Part shown: in pieces, positions 45,665-55,211 of the stretch
How positions within the stretch are numbered: position 1 is the first letter of the stretch
How the letters are laid out: every line of letters begins with the position of its first letter
Notes under the pieces: generated by a model
Databases searched by the model: none
What the model was told of the DNA's origin: nothing
Seen by the model: the letters and a program-made list of their open reading frames with translations, nothing else
Translations under genes and position numbers: made by a program
Source: an uncultured Simkaniaceae bacterium
GTDB lineage: Bacteria; Chlamydiota; Chlamydiia; Chlamydiales; Rhabdochlamydiaceae
Reading direction: 5' to 3'
DNA: 64,000 nucleotides
Assembly: GCA_963791555.1 (NCBI GenBank)
Contig: CAWBSQ010000005.1
Location: 3,346 to 67,345 of the forward strand

Positions 45665-47602
45665 GTGACTTTAACATCTATTTATTCGGCACAAACATCA
45701 AGACGAGAGGGTTTGAACTACTTTGCCTACGCCATTGAAAAAGGGCATGGAAGAAAACTTGCTTTCCTATCATTAGATAAAAAAGATCGCATCGCATTGC
45801 TTGCTCTATGCAAATTCAAAGGCTCAACGGTCAGTTGGAAGAAAATCGGCAAAGAAACACTAAGAAACGCCGTTCAGCACTTGCTCCATGGGCCAAGATT
45901 GCCTAATCTATTGCAATTGCCTCCACAGGAGATGACCAAAGCCCACATAACACCATTTCTCACATTAAAAGATCTAGCGAACCTGCAGAGCACGCATAAA
46001 GCCGCTCCTGGATTAAGTAATGCTAGTTCAATTATTAAGAGCTACGATCTAGCTCCCCTTATTGCAAGATATTGCCACCAAGATTGCGAAATCTTAAGCG
46101 AAAGCGGAAAAATCCAAGCCTTCCATCAACTAATGTCGATGGTGCAAGAATTGAGCAAACTCGAAGAACTCGAATTACCAAGCTACCAATCAATTAGAAA
46201 ATTCTTCGAACTCGTCGAAGCAAGGAACCTTTTGAGGATGGCAGCTCAAATGGATAGGGATCTGGTTAGGATAGATCCATTTGCACGTTTAAATGCTGAA
46301 CAGCTGAAAATTGCCGAAGATTCTGCAAGTACCCTGCAAAGGGCAGAAACAGTGAGAGCATGGTTTAGAGGACATCAGGCGGGGTTACAAGCTATCATCT
46401 ACAGATTGGGTTTGCAAAATATTAATTTAACCCTTCTGCCTCCGGAGATCGGGCAATTACGGGCTTTGAGTTATCTTGATTTAAGCAATAATCACCTGAC
46501 AAGCCTGCCAAAAGAAATCGGGCAACTCAGGGCTTTGACGGAACTTAGATTAGACGATAATCACCTGACCAGCCTGCCGAAAGAGAGCGGACAGCTTTCA
46601 ACTTTGAATTATCTTGATTTAAGCAATAATCGCCTGACAAGCCTGCCGAAAGAGATCGGGCAGCTCGGGGCTTTGACTCTGCTTAGTTTAAGCGATAATT
46701 GCCTGACAAGCCTGCCGAAAGAGATCGGGCAGCTCAGGGCTTTGATGTCGCTTTTGTTAAAAGGTAATCGCATGACCAACCTGTCGAAAGAGATCGGCCA
46801 GCTCAAGGCTTTGAATGTGCTTAATGTAAGCAATAATCGCCTGACAAGCCTACCGAAAGAAATCGGGCAACTCAAGGCTTTGAATTATCTTGTAGTACAA
46901 GCTAATTACCTGACCTTCCTGCCGAATGAGATCGGGCAGCTCGGGGCTTTGACTTGGCTTAAGTTAGGCAATAATCGCCTAGTTGGCTTACCTAAAAAAA
47001 TCGACCAGCTCAGGGCTTTGTATTGGCTTAAGTTAGATAACAATCGCTTGACCAGCCTGCCGAAAGAGATCGGCCAGCTCGGAGCATTGGCCTCTTTTGA
47101 AATAAATGGTAATCGCCTGATCAACCTGCCGAAAAAGATCGGGCAGCTCAGGGCTTTGACTCATCTTGCAGTACACGATAATTACCTGACCTTCCTGCCG
47201 AATGAGATCGGGCAGATACAAGTTCTTGAAAAATTTAGCATTACAGGAAACGGCCTGCTTTATCTACCTGCTAAATTAAGTCGCTTTAACGATCAGCTCC
47301 AAAAGCAGGATCAAACACTCCAATTGAAGACGATCCTTGGTCAATTAGGGAGATGCTTGAAAGGAAAGCACAATTGTAGAGCTATCTTAGCGCTTCTAGA
47401 TACTATGGAAAAATTTCAAGGAAAAGAAATACGTTCAAAACTCCATGCTTGCATCTATGAAGTATGTAAAAAAGAGAAGTCTTTGCACAAAAAGTTGAAG
47501 AGTCCGCAGTTTGGAAGAAAAGCCTTCGTCGATCCGACGATCGACCCTAAGTTCAAATTGGCCGCTCTGAAACGATTCGAAAAGATGCTTCATCAAGTTT
47601 AA
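45665..47602 (+). CDS. LRR-family paralogue (12 repeats), type B C-terminus (...KMLHQV)
   Basis: GTG start, family N- and C-domains, twelve repeat units. Confidence 0.9.
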   Translation: MTLTSIYSAQTSRREGLNYFAYAIEKGHGRKLAFLSLDKKDRIALLALCKFKGSTVSWKKIGKETLRNAVQHLLHGPRLPNLLQLPPQEMTKAHITPFLTLKDLANLQSTHKAAPGLSNASSIIKSYDLAPLIARYCHQDCEILSESGKIQAFHQLMSMVQELSKLEELELPSYQSIRKFFELVEARNLLRMAAQMDRDLVRIDPFARLNAEQLKIAEDSASTLQRAETVRAWFRGHQAGLQAIIYRLGLQNINLTLLPPEIGQLRALSYLDLSNNHLTSLPKEIGQLRALTELRLDDNHLTSLPKESGQLSTLNYLDLSNNRLTSLPKEIGQLGALTLLSLSDNCLTSLPKEIGQLRALMSLLLKGNRMTNLSKEIGQLKALNVLNVSNNRLTSLPKEIGQLKALNYLVVQANYLTFLPNEIGQLGALTWLKLGNNRLVGLPKKIDQLRALYWLKLDNNRLTSLPKEIGQLGALASFEINGNRLINLPKKIGQLRALTHLAVHDNYLTFLPNEIGQIQVLEKFSITGNGLLYLPAKLSRFNDQLQKQDQTLQLKTILGQLGRCLKGKHNCRAILALLDTMEKFQGKEIRSKLHACIYEVCKKEKSLHKKLKSPQFGRKAFVDPTIDPKFKLAALKRFEKMLHQV

Positions 47603-47738
47603 ACAAAATCCTTGGGACTGTTCTGCATAGGGCAGTCCTATTTCAAGCAGAACCTTCTAATTGTATATAAAAATTTAAACAGCTTTTAAGAATTCATAAC
47701 ATTGACCATAATAATTAACACGAATTATTATTGTTCCG

Positions 47739-48644
47739 ATGATAAAGCTACGATATTATTATAGAATTTTTGCGAAAATATTTGACTACGCCTTTTGCTT
47801 TCTAGTACTGGCGCTGGGCATTTTGCTGACTCCATTTGCCATCGACGACAGCATTTATCTCTATCTTGTTATTGCTACGCCTTTTCTATGGATCTTGCCC
47901 GAGGCGCTTCTGTTATCTACTTGGGGTACCACACCAGGTAGATTGTTCATGGCTATCTTGCCAAGAACTTGCAAGGGAACGAAACTATCTTTCAATGAAG
48001 CTCTCAGGCTATCACTTTTTTTAGACCGAGGGATGTCTATCGACTGGATCCGGTGCGATCAAGGATTGACGAATTTTATCAAACGCGTGGCCATCGGCAG
48101 TTCTATCGCCCTAGCCGCTATCTTCAGCAAAGCGATCATTCAGTTTCCTGAAACCTTTGAAAAAGAGGTCTCTATTAGAGGCTGGGTGCATTATACCTCG
48201 TCAGAAGGCGATTTCACCGCCGATTTTCCAAGTAAGCCTAAAGTAGAACAAAAGCAGCTCGAAATTCCTCAAGCCAATCGAACTGTAGACTATCAGGAAG
48301 TGAAAAGCAGCCACGGCAAACATACAACCTATTCCGTCAGTGCCATCGAACTCCCTAAGAAATTCAGTTTCTTTGGTGCCAATACGGTGTTAAAAGGAGC
48401 TCTTAGCGTCTTACAAGAAAACCTGCACGTTAAGACCAAGCTCATCTATAAGAAGCTCACAAAGCATGGCGAACACCCTGCGATCGATTTCCATTTCCTC
48501 AAAGGTACCGATGATATCAAGGGTCGGCTCGTCCTAGTAGGCAATAAACTCTTCAAAATCGAAGTCAGCGAACCTTTTGATGGAGAAGCCGAAGAAGCTG
48601 GACTCGCCTTCATCAATTCTTTCAAGCCTATTTCTTCAAACTAA
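47739..48644 (+). CDS. RDD-domain membrane protein with a C-terminal soluble domain
   Basis: N-terminal R..A...DY......, two TM segments, then WGTTPGRLFMAI, which fits the RDD family pattern. Confidence 0.5.
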   Translation: MIKLRYYYRIFAKIFDYAFCFLVLALGILLTPFAIDDSIYLYLVIATPFLWILPEALLLSTWGTTPGRLFMAILPRTCKGTKLSFNEALRLSLFLDRGMSIDWIRCDQGLTNFIKRVAIGSSIALAAIFSKAIIQFPETFEKEVSIRGWVHYTSSEGDFTADFPSKPKVEQKQLEIPQANRTVDYQEVKSSHGKHTTYSVSAIELPKKFSFFGANTVLKGALSVLQENLHVKTKLIYKKLTKHGEHPAIDFHFLKGTDDIKGRLVLVGNKLFKIEVSEPFDGEAEEAGLAFINSFKPISSN

Positions 48645-48704
48645 GAAAGCTTGCATTAATCTATCCATTTTTGAAAGAATCCGAAGAAAATTAATGGCAA
48701 TCTT

Positions 48705-49313
48705 ATGGCTAAACTCTATTTCCGCTATGGAACTGTTGGTAGTGCTAAAACACTCAATCTCGTCGCAGTTGCACACAACTACCGACAGCAAGGAAAAAAA
48801 GTCATCCTTTTAAAACCAGAGCTAGATGAGCGTTTCGGAAAAAGACAGATCAAATCAAGAGCGGGCCTCGAGATGCAGGCCGATATCCTCGTTCAGCCAG
48901 ATTCGAATCTGCTCTATCTCGATTTCGAGGGAACTAGCTGTTTGCTCGTCGACGAAGCGCAGTTTCTTTCTAAAAGCAATGTCGACCAACTCAGAGCCAT
49001 TACCCAACTGAAGCATATCCCTGTGATTTGCTATGGGCTTCGAACCGATTTTAGAAGCCGTCTCTTTGAGGGCTCGCTACGTCTGATGGAGTTAGCTGAT
49101 TCTATCGAAGAGATCAAAGCCACTTGCTTCTTCTGCAACCGCAAATCGATCATGAATCTTAAACACGTCGAAGGAAAAGCATGTCTCGATGGGCCAAGCG
49201 TTCAGCTAGGAACCGAAGAACGCTATCTGCCCGTCTGTTTTTCTTGTTATGTTGGGGAATTGCAAAAATCGAATGCCCTGCCAGTGGACACCTCTGTCTT
49301 AACAACGCACTAA
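48705..49313 (+). CDS. tdk: thymidine kinase
   Basis: Collinear by eye with E. coli Tdk (MAKLYFRYG..., VDEAQFL, ICYGLRTDFRSRLFEGS, C-terminal Cys pairs CFFC...CFSC). Confidence 0.85.
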   Translation: MAKLYFRYGTVGSAKTLNLVAVAHNYRQQGKKVILLKPELDERFGKRQIKSRAGLEMQADILVQPDSNLLYLDFEGTSCLLVDEAQFLSKSNVDQLRAITQLKHIPVICYGLRTDFRSRLFEGSLRLMELADSIEEIKATCFFCNRKSIMNLKHVEGKACLDGPSVQLGTEERYLPVCFSCYVGELQKSNALPVDTSVLTTH

Positions 49314-49316
49314 CGA

Positions 49317-51426
49317 TTATTCTCTAAGTACGATCCTGGCATCCAGAGCAATGAATCCTTCGTCGGATGCGAGCAGAGGATTGATGTCACATTCTGCAAT
49401 TGCTGGCAAAGCTTCGATGAATAGTGAAAACCGCACGAGCAGGTCGGCCAGTTTATCGATATCCACAGGCTTTCTTCCGCGGGCCCCTTCGAGAACATGA
49501 TAGATCTTAGTTCCCTCGATCATCTCTCTGGCGTAGCCGTGACTTAAAGGAGGTAAGCCAAGCGAGCGATCTTTATAAACCTCGACGAGAATGCCGCCTG
49601 CCCCAAAGAGAATGACAGGTCCCCATTGTGAGTCGAGGCTCGAACCTAGAATGACCTCCACTCCTTTCATGCGCACCATAGGCTGCACAGCAACACCTTC
49701 AAAGGCTGCCTTACCAGCGATTTTGGTCACAGAGGATTGGATCTCTTCATACGCTTTGGTCACAGCATGACCGTCATGCAGATTGAGCTTGACCCCGCCC
49801 ACATCGGACTTATGCGTGATCGTCGAGGAATGCAACTTGATCACCACTGGATAGCCGATTTGATTGGCTGCTTCTACAGCTTCTTGTGGCGAATGGGCGA
49901 GCAGATTTCTGGCAACTGGCAGCCCAGCGATGTGCAAGAGTTCTTTTGATAGCACTTTCAGATAAGATTTTTGTCCCGCTTTTAACGAACATGTGCATTT
50001 GCTTTTCCAGCTCGGCTTTGATCGAAGCCGGTAACATGGGTTGCTGGTTCCCCATTTTTTCTAAGTGCTTCAAATATTTATGATGGGAAGCCAATAATCC
50101 AAACGCATGGGCGGCATTATCTGGATAGACAAAATTGGGAAGGCCGGCCTTCTTAAGAATTTCTCTTCCCTCGAAGACCGTCCTTCCTCCCATCCAGCTC
50201 GTTAAGATCGGTTTTTTAAATTCTTTGGCCCGTTCTACTAATGCTTTGGCCGTTCCCGTCGAATCTGTCATATCTTGAGGCGTAAGGATGACGAGAACAC
50301 CATCGGTCGTCGGTTCTTCGAGTGCCTTGGCAATCGCTTCGACATAGCGCTTAGCGTCGGCATCGCCTAAGACATCGATGGGATTACCATGACTCCACGA
50401 GGCTGGCAGCACTTTGTTTAAGGTTTCAATAGCCGCTCGCGGTAGTTCAGTGAGCTCCGCACCGCTCAAAACGGCAGCATCCGTAGCAAGGACACCCGGA
50501 CCGCCGGCATTCGTGACAATGGTCAGATTAGATCCTTTTGGCATAGGCTGCTTGCCGATGCAGAGCGCGACCTCGAACAACTCATCGATCGTATCGACAC
50601 GCATCACCCCTTTTTGACGCATAGCAGCTGTGAATACATCATCGCTGCCTGCAAGCGATCCGGTGTGAGAAGCAGCGGCCCTTGCTGCAGCCTGTGTGCG
50701 TCCAGCTTTTATTACACATAGCGGCTTATGGAAGGCGACATTGGTCACAGCTTTTAGGAATTTTTCCGAATTGCCAATCGTCTCCATATACATAATGACA
50801 GCTGCTGTCTGCGGATCTTTTCCAAGATAGTCGATGAGATCTCCCCACTCTATATCGCACATCGATCCTAGCGACACAAAAGCGCTAAAGCCTAGTTCTC
50901 GTTCCAAGCTCCAATCGAGCACTGCCGTACAAAGCGCGCCAGACTGACTAATGAAAGCGATATTCCCTTTTAATGCACAACCGGCCGCAAAAGTCGCATT
51001 GAGACCTACATGAGCATTCATGCAGCCCAGGCAATTGGGCCCTAAAATCCGCATGCCTGTTTCTCTGGCAATAGCAAGAATTTCATTCTCGAGTTTTTGC
51101 CCCTCTTCCCCTACCTCTTTAAAACCGGCTGAAATCACTATCGTGCTTGGGATCTTCTTGCGACCGCAATCGCGCACTAAAGCAGGGACGGTGGCAGCCG
51201 GAGTCGCAATTACAACAAGATCGATCTCGTCTGGTACGTCTAAGATACTAGGGTAGGCTGGTATACCGAGGATGGTTTCATACTTTGGATTGATTGGATA
51301 GAGCTTACCTTGAAACTTAGCACCTATCATATTTGCAACGAGTGTTCGCCCAAGGCTTCCTTCCCTTTCGCCCGCCCCGATGATCGCAACAGATTTTGGC
51401 TCGAGGAGTGTTTTTAAGTTCGACAT
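49317..51426 (-). pseudogene. ADP-forming acyl/acetyl-CoA synthetase split by a frameshift (538-aa CoA-binding/ligase part plus 212-aa ATP-grasp part)
   Basis: 49810..51426 encodes the CoA-binding and succinyl-CoA-synthetase-like domains ([15 protein letters not shown]; FISQSGAL). 49317..49955 encodes the ATP-grasp part ([10 protein letters not shown]...[12 protein letters not shown]) in another frame. The two frames overlap by 146 nt. Confidence 0.7.
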
Positions 51427-51743
51427 TGGGCCTACCTTGTCTAGAGAGTTGTCTCTGGTTAACCCACCTATAATTCAGCACTTTTTTTTTCGCTAGACGT
51501 TTGAAGAGCTTGCAGAAAACAGTCTCTTCGGTAAAATCGACCTTTTTTACCGCCTTTTCGAAATGACACGACCGACCAACTGAAATGAGAGGTGTTTATT
51601 CTTTTTCTATACGATAGATGCCATTTATTAAGACGCTGTCCTTATCCTTTACAAAGAGACTCGATCACTTGCAGCTCCAATAAGGGGATGTTTTTTTCTT
51701 TGGGGGGCTTTCCTATAAATATCCCTTCCGGTAGATAGCAGAT

Positions 51744-52982
51744 ATGAGACGAAAAATTCTTGTCTTGATCAGCGAGGGGGGCGGTGGACATAAATCTGCC
51801 GGCGAATCCCTTGTCGAGATCTTAGGCCCTACTTATGATGTCGAGGTCGTCAATGCTATTGGCACAATCCTCGAGCCGCTCGATTGGTTCAAACGGGTCT
51901 TTGTTGGCAAAATAACAGCAGAGGCCATCTACAACTGGCTTTTACGCAACGAGCTGGGCATCTTGCTCAAAGCCTATATCTGGCGTGGCAAGCGCCATAT
52001 GCATGTGCGCAGAAAGAAAATCGCCAATATCTTCGATCGCTTCCTACAAGGCTTTAAATGGCGCCCTGATCTCATTATTTCTACGGTTCCCTTTGTCAAT
52101 GATGGTCTCCTTTTGGCAGCCAACCACAATAAAATCCCCTACCTGCTTCTTCCGACTGATCTCGATGTCACCATGTTCCTTAACGGCTTTGAGAAGCTGA
52201 CGCGCGAAGACTTAAGCCTGTTCAAACTCGCTCTAGCTTATAACCGGCAAGAATTGTTAGTGAATGTCTTCAAACACAGCAGCATCGAACCTGAAGATCT
52301 TCTTTTTCCTGGTTTCCCTGTCCGGCCTGCCTGTCAAAAGGACTATTCCCAAGAAGAGATCCAAAGCTTGAAGACAGAATTATGGATGGACATCGATCGG
52401 CCTACAATTACTTTGGTCATGGGCGCCTCAGGGGGCAATGCGATTGTCCGTCACACAATGGAACTTTCCCAGATCCACGTCTTACCTGATGGAAAAAAAA
52501 TCCAAGCCAATATTTGCACAGGACACAACGCCAAAAGCAAAGAGCAGATCATTAAGTTTCTCAAAAAAATGGGCGGTAAGGTCCTTTCCGAAAAAAGTGA
52601 ATGCACAAAAATTGAATCCAAAGAAGGGATCTTGTTCTTGATCTATGGTTTTACCAAGGAGATCATCAAAATCCTGGCTTGCAGCGATCTCGTCATCTCC
52701 AAAACAGGATCGTGTACCGTCAATGAGGCCATTTATCTTGGTAAAAAGCTACTGCTCGACTTTTCAGAGCAATCAATTGCCAAACATGTTTTTTGGGAAG
52801 AATTCAATGTCTGGTTTGTCAAACGGCATGACCTGGGCGCTGCCTTCTGCGAAAGCCGAGAGTTAAGGTCGCTGATTCCATTTATGCTAAAAGAAAAGCA
52901 TGCTTCCCCTACACGTTTCACTCTGCCAAATTTTCAGTCGAATATCAAAACGATGGTCAACTCTCTTGTCTCGTCGGGCTAA
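51744..52982 (+). CDS. GT28-family glycosyltransferase (MGDG-synthase/UgtP-like)
   Basis: N-terminal ILVLISEGGGGHKSAGESL signature and C-terminal SKTGSCTVNEAIYLGKKLL. Confidence 0.7.
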   Translation: MRRKILVLISEGGGGHKSAGESLVEILGPTYDVEVVNAIGTILEPLDWFKRVFVGKITAEAIYNWLLRNELGILLKAYIWRGKRHMHVRRKKIANIFDRFLQGFKWRPDLIISTVPFVNDGLLLAANHNKIPYLLLPTDLDVTMFLNGFEKLTREDLSLFKLALAYNRQELLVNVFKHSSIEPEDLLFPGFPVRPACQKDYSQEEIQSLKTELWMDIDRPTITLVMGASGGNAIVRHTMELSQIHVLPDGKKIQANICTGHNAKSKEQIIKFLKKMGGKVLSEKSECTKIESKEGILFLIYGFTKEIIKILACSDLVISKTGSCTVNEAIYLGKKLLLDFSEQSIAKHVFWEEFNVWFVKRHDLGAAFCESRELRSLIPFMLKEKHASPTRFTLPNFQSNIKTMVNSLVSSG

Positions 52983-54204
52983 CTTTCTCTGACACACTGA
53001 AAAAGCGCGTTATCAAGGCCCCGGTAAGGCAACAGATCATCCCTAGACATAAGACAGGCGCTGGACCGACAACGCTTGCTAGCAAGCTTCCCATAAATGG
53101 AAAGATCATGCCGCGCAATCCCACCATGACCACATTGATACCGCTATAAAACGAGCTGTCCTGATGGCCCGAAAACAGCGGTCCTGAAAGATGCCAGACG
53201 ATATGGCTACCACCTTGAGCAATGCCATAGAGGACATAAGCCGCATAAAGCCAGCTGATGTGAAACGGGGCCAAGAGCAGACAGGCCGGAAAGAGGGCAA
53301 ATAGCAAAATCACAAAACTTGTCAGCGGGATCAGCTTGTAGCGGCTAAGCGCTTTTCCCCACGCGCTCGAAGTCAATACGACACCTACCCCCATGCAAAC
53401 AGCCCGTGCCGTGCTGAACGTAGTATGTGAGATGGCCAGCGTTTTGACAAAGTAGAACGGCAATACAGCGATCACTAGCATGATCCCGGAACCACCCCAC
53501 ATAAAGGCCCATTGAAAGCGTGCAAAATCGGGACGGGTGCGCATCAAATGAAAACTATCTTTCCAAGGCTGTACAATCATACGCCAGACGCCAAGTTTTT
53601 CCAAGGGAGCTCGTTCAATAGGCTCGAGCGGGATCCGATACTGCAAAAACACACCGAGCAACCCTATAAGGCTGCTCGCACAGAAAAGATACCGCCAATA
53701 ACCACTATCGAAATCGAGCAGAAAACCTATCGCAAAGCCTATCGCCACCCCTTCGGCATACCCTAGCATCCAAGAAAATGAAAAGAGCCGCTCTCGCGGC
53801 TCTTTGGGCAGATTGCGCTTGAGCACCTCCATCCACGCCGGGATGCCTGCTCGCGAGAAAAGGATATGCATCGCCGCAGCGAAAATTAAATAACCTGGGC
53901 TCTGGAAAAAAAAGACAAAGATAAAAGGGAGCCTGGCCAAGATCCCCGAAGCAATTAAATTGCTCCTTAGAAGGTCGGGCCTTCTTCCCAGCAAAGAACT
54001 CCAATAAAATGAGACCAGCGACATGATCGGCCTTAAAGAGACCAGCAAGGAGATCTGCCAGGTCGAAGCCTTTAGATCCTTGGCTAGAATAAAAGGCAAA
54101 AGACAAAGAAGTACTGTCAGCGGTTCGCTCAATAAGCTTGCGCCAAAGAGAGCCGCACGTGTGAGCGTGGTCTTTCGCTTGGCTATATCTGAATAAAATG
54201 TCAT
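52957..54204 (-). CDS. MFS transporter
   Basis: 415 aa with about 12 hydrophobic segments and basic loop motifs. Confidence 0.65.
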   Translation of the reverse strand: MTFYSDIAKRKTTLTRAALFGASLLSEPLTVLLCLLPFILAKDLKASTWQISLLVSLRPIMSLVSFYWSSLLGRRPDLLRSNLIASGILARLPFIFVFFFQSPGYLIFAAAMHILFSRAGIPAWMEVLKRNLPKEPRERLFSFSWMLGYAEGVAIGFAIGFLLDFDSGYWRYLFCASSLIGLLGVFLQYRIPLEPIERAPLEKLGVWRMIVQPWKDSFHLMRTRPDFARFQWAFMWGGSGIMLVIAVLPFYFVKTLAISHTTFSTARAVCMGVGVVLTSSAWGKALSRYKLIPLTSFVILLFALFPACLLLAPFHISWLYAAYVLYGIAQGGSHIVWHLSGPLFSGHQDSSFYSGINVVMVGLRGMIFPFMGSLLASVVGPAPVLCLGMICCLTGALITRFFSVSEKVSPTRQES

Positions 54205-54313
54205 AGTTTATTCTTGCTAACCAATCTTCGAGCGCCTCTATGATAGTCCCTGGAGTGCATTTTTGTCCCCTTAGAAGCTGCCCTATATAAGAATAAACTT
54301 TATTGTGTGATCT

Positions 54314-55051
54314 ATGCTTAATACCATCCTCTTTGCAGTTTTTACTTTAACCGCCCAACAGGCTACTCAGATCGGTAAGAGGATCTGGGAAAATGAAAGC
54401 AGAGGATCCTTAGAAGGCCTCACCTGCTGGAATGATGGAGAAGACTTTGCATCGATGGGGATCAACCATTGTATTTGGTATCCAGCTGACAAAAAAGGTG
54501 TGTTTGAAGAGACCTTTCCTGCCCTCATCAACTATCTTCAAAAACAAGGTGTCGTAGTGCCCGGCTGGCTGACCAACCATCCCCCCTGTCCATGGAATTC
54601 AAGAAAAGAATTCCTTGATGAATTCGAATCGGCCAAGATGTCCAGGCTTCGCAAATTCCTGTATCAAACATCTGCTTTGCAGGTTCGCTTTATGGCCGAG
54701 CGCCTCGATCAGGCCTTCCCTAAAATCCTCGAACAGGTCGGCGAGCAAAAAAAAGACCATGTGAAACAGCAATTTCAGCGCCTACAAGCGACCCGAAAAG
54801 GGCCCTATGTCCTCATCGACTATTACAACTTCAAGGGCGCTGGCACATCGCCTACCGAGCGTTACAACGGCCAGGGTTGGGGGCTATTGCAAGTTCTCGA
54901 AGAGATGACCGGCGACACAAAGTTTCCTGAGTACGAGTTTGTCAAGGCAGCCCAAAAAGTTCTTCAACGCCGCGTCGACAATGCACCGCCCGAACGCAAC
55001 GAGCAGCGCTGGCTCCAAGGCTGGCTCAACCGCCTCCAAACCTATCATTGA
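54314..55051 (+). CDS. hypothetical protein (signal peptide)
   Basis: 245-aa ORF. Family not recognised. Confidence 0.55.
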   Translation: MLNTILFAVFTLTAQQATQIGKRIWENESRGSLEGLTCWNDGEDFASMGINHCIWYPADKKGVFEETFPALINYLQKQGVVVPGWLTNHPPCPWNSRKEFLDEFESAKMSRLRKFLYQTSALQVRFMAERLDQAFPKILEQVGEQKKDHVKQQFQRLQATRKGPYVLIDYYNFKGAGTSPTERYNGQGWGLLQVLEEMTGDTKFPEYEFVKAAQKVLQRRVDNAPPERNEQRWLQGWLNRLQTYH

Positions 55052-55122
55052 AAAGAATACCCTAAGAGGGGTTTCATAATTGACATGTGGCCTTGCAGCA
55101 GACCTACTTATAGCCTGTATCA

Positions 55123-55145
55123 AGTTACTGGTTACATTACGAATT
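55123..55145 (+). repeat. left 23-nt direct repeat bracketing the two-gene cassette
   Basis: agttactggttacattacgaatt versus agttactggttatgttacgaatt at 57853-57875 (21/23 identical). Confidence 0.85.
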
Positions 55146-55211
55146 TTTGACTGGATCGCCTTCTCTGAGAAACTCCGTACTTTCTCCTTTCCCACTCACA
55201 GATGCCCGGCT

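Noticed and set aside
54884-55195. 103-aa minus-strand ORF spanning the end of the 54314 gene and the left direct repeat
   Set aside because: Two thirds of it is antisense to the 54314..55051 CDS, and it has no RBS-like context. It is probably spurious, although it does read across the cassette boundary.
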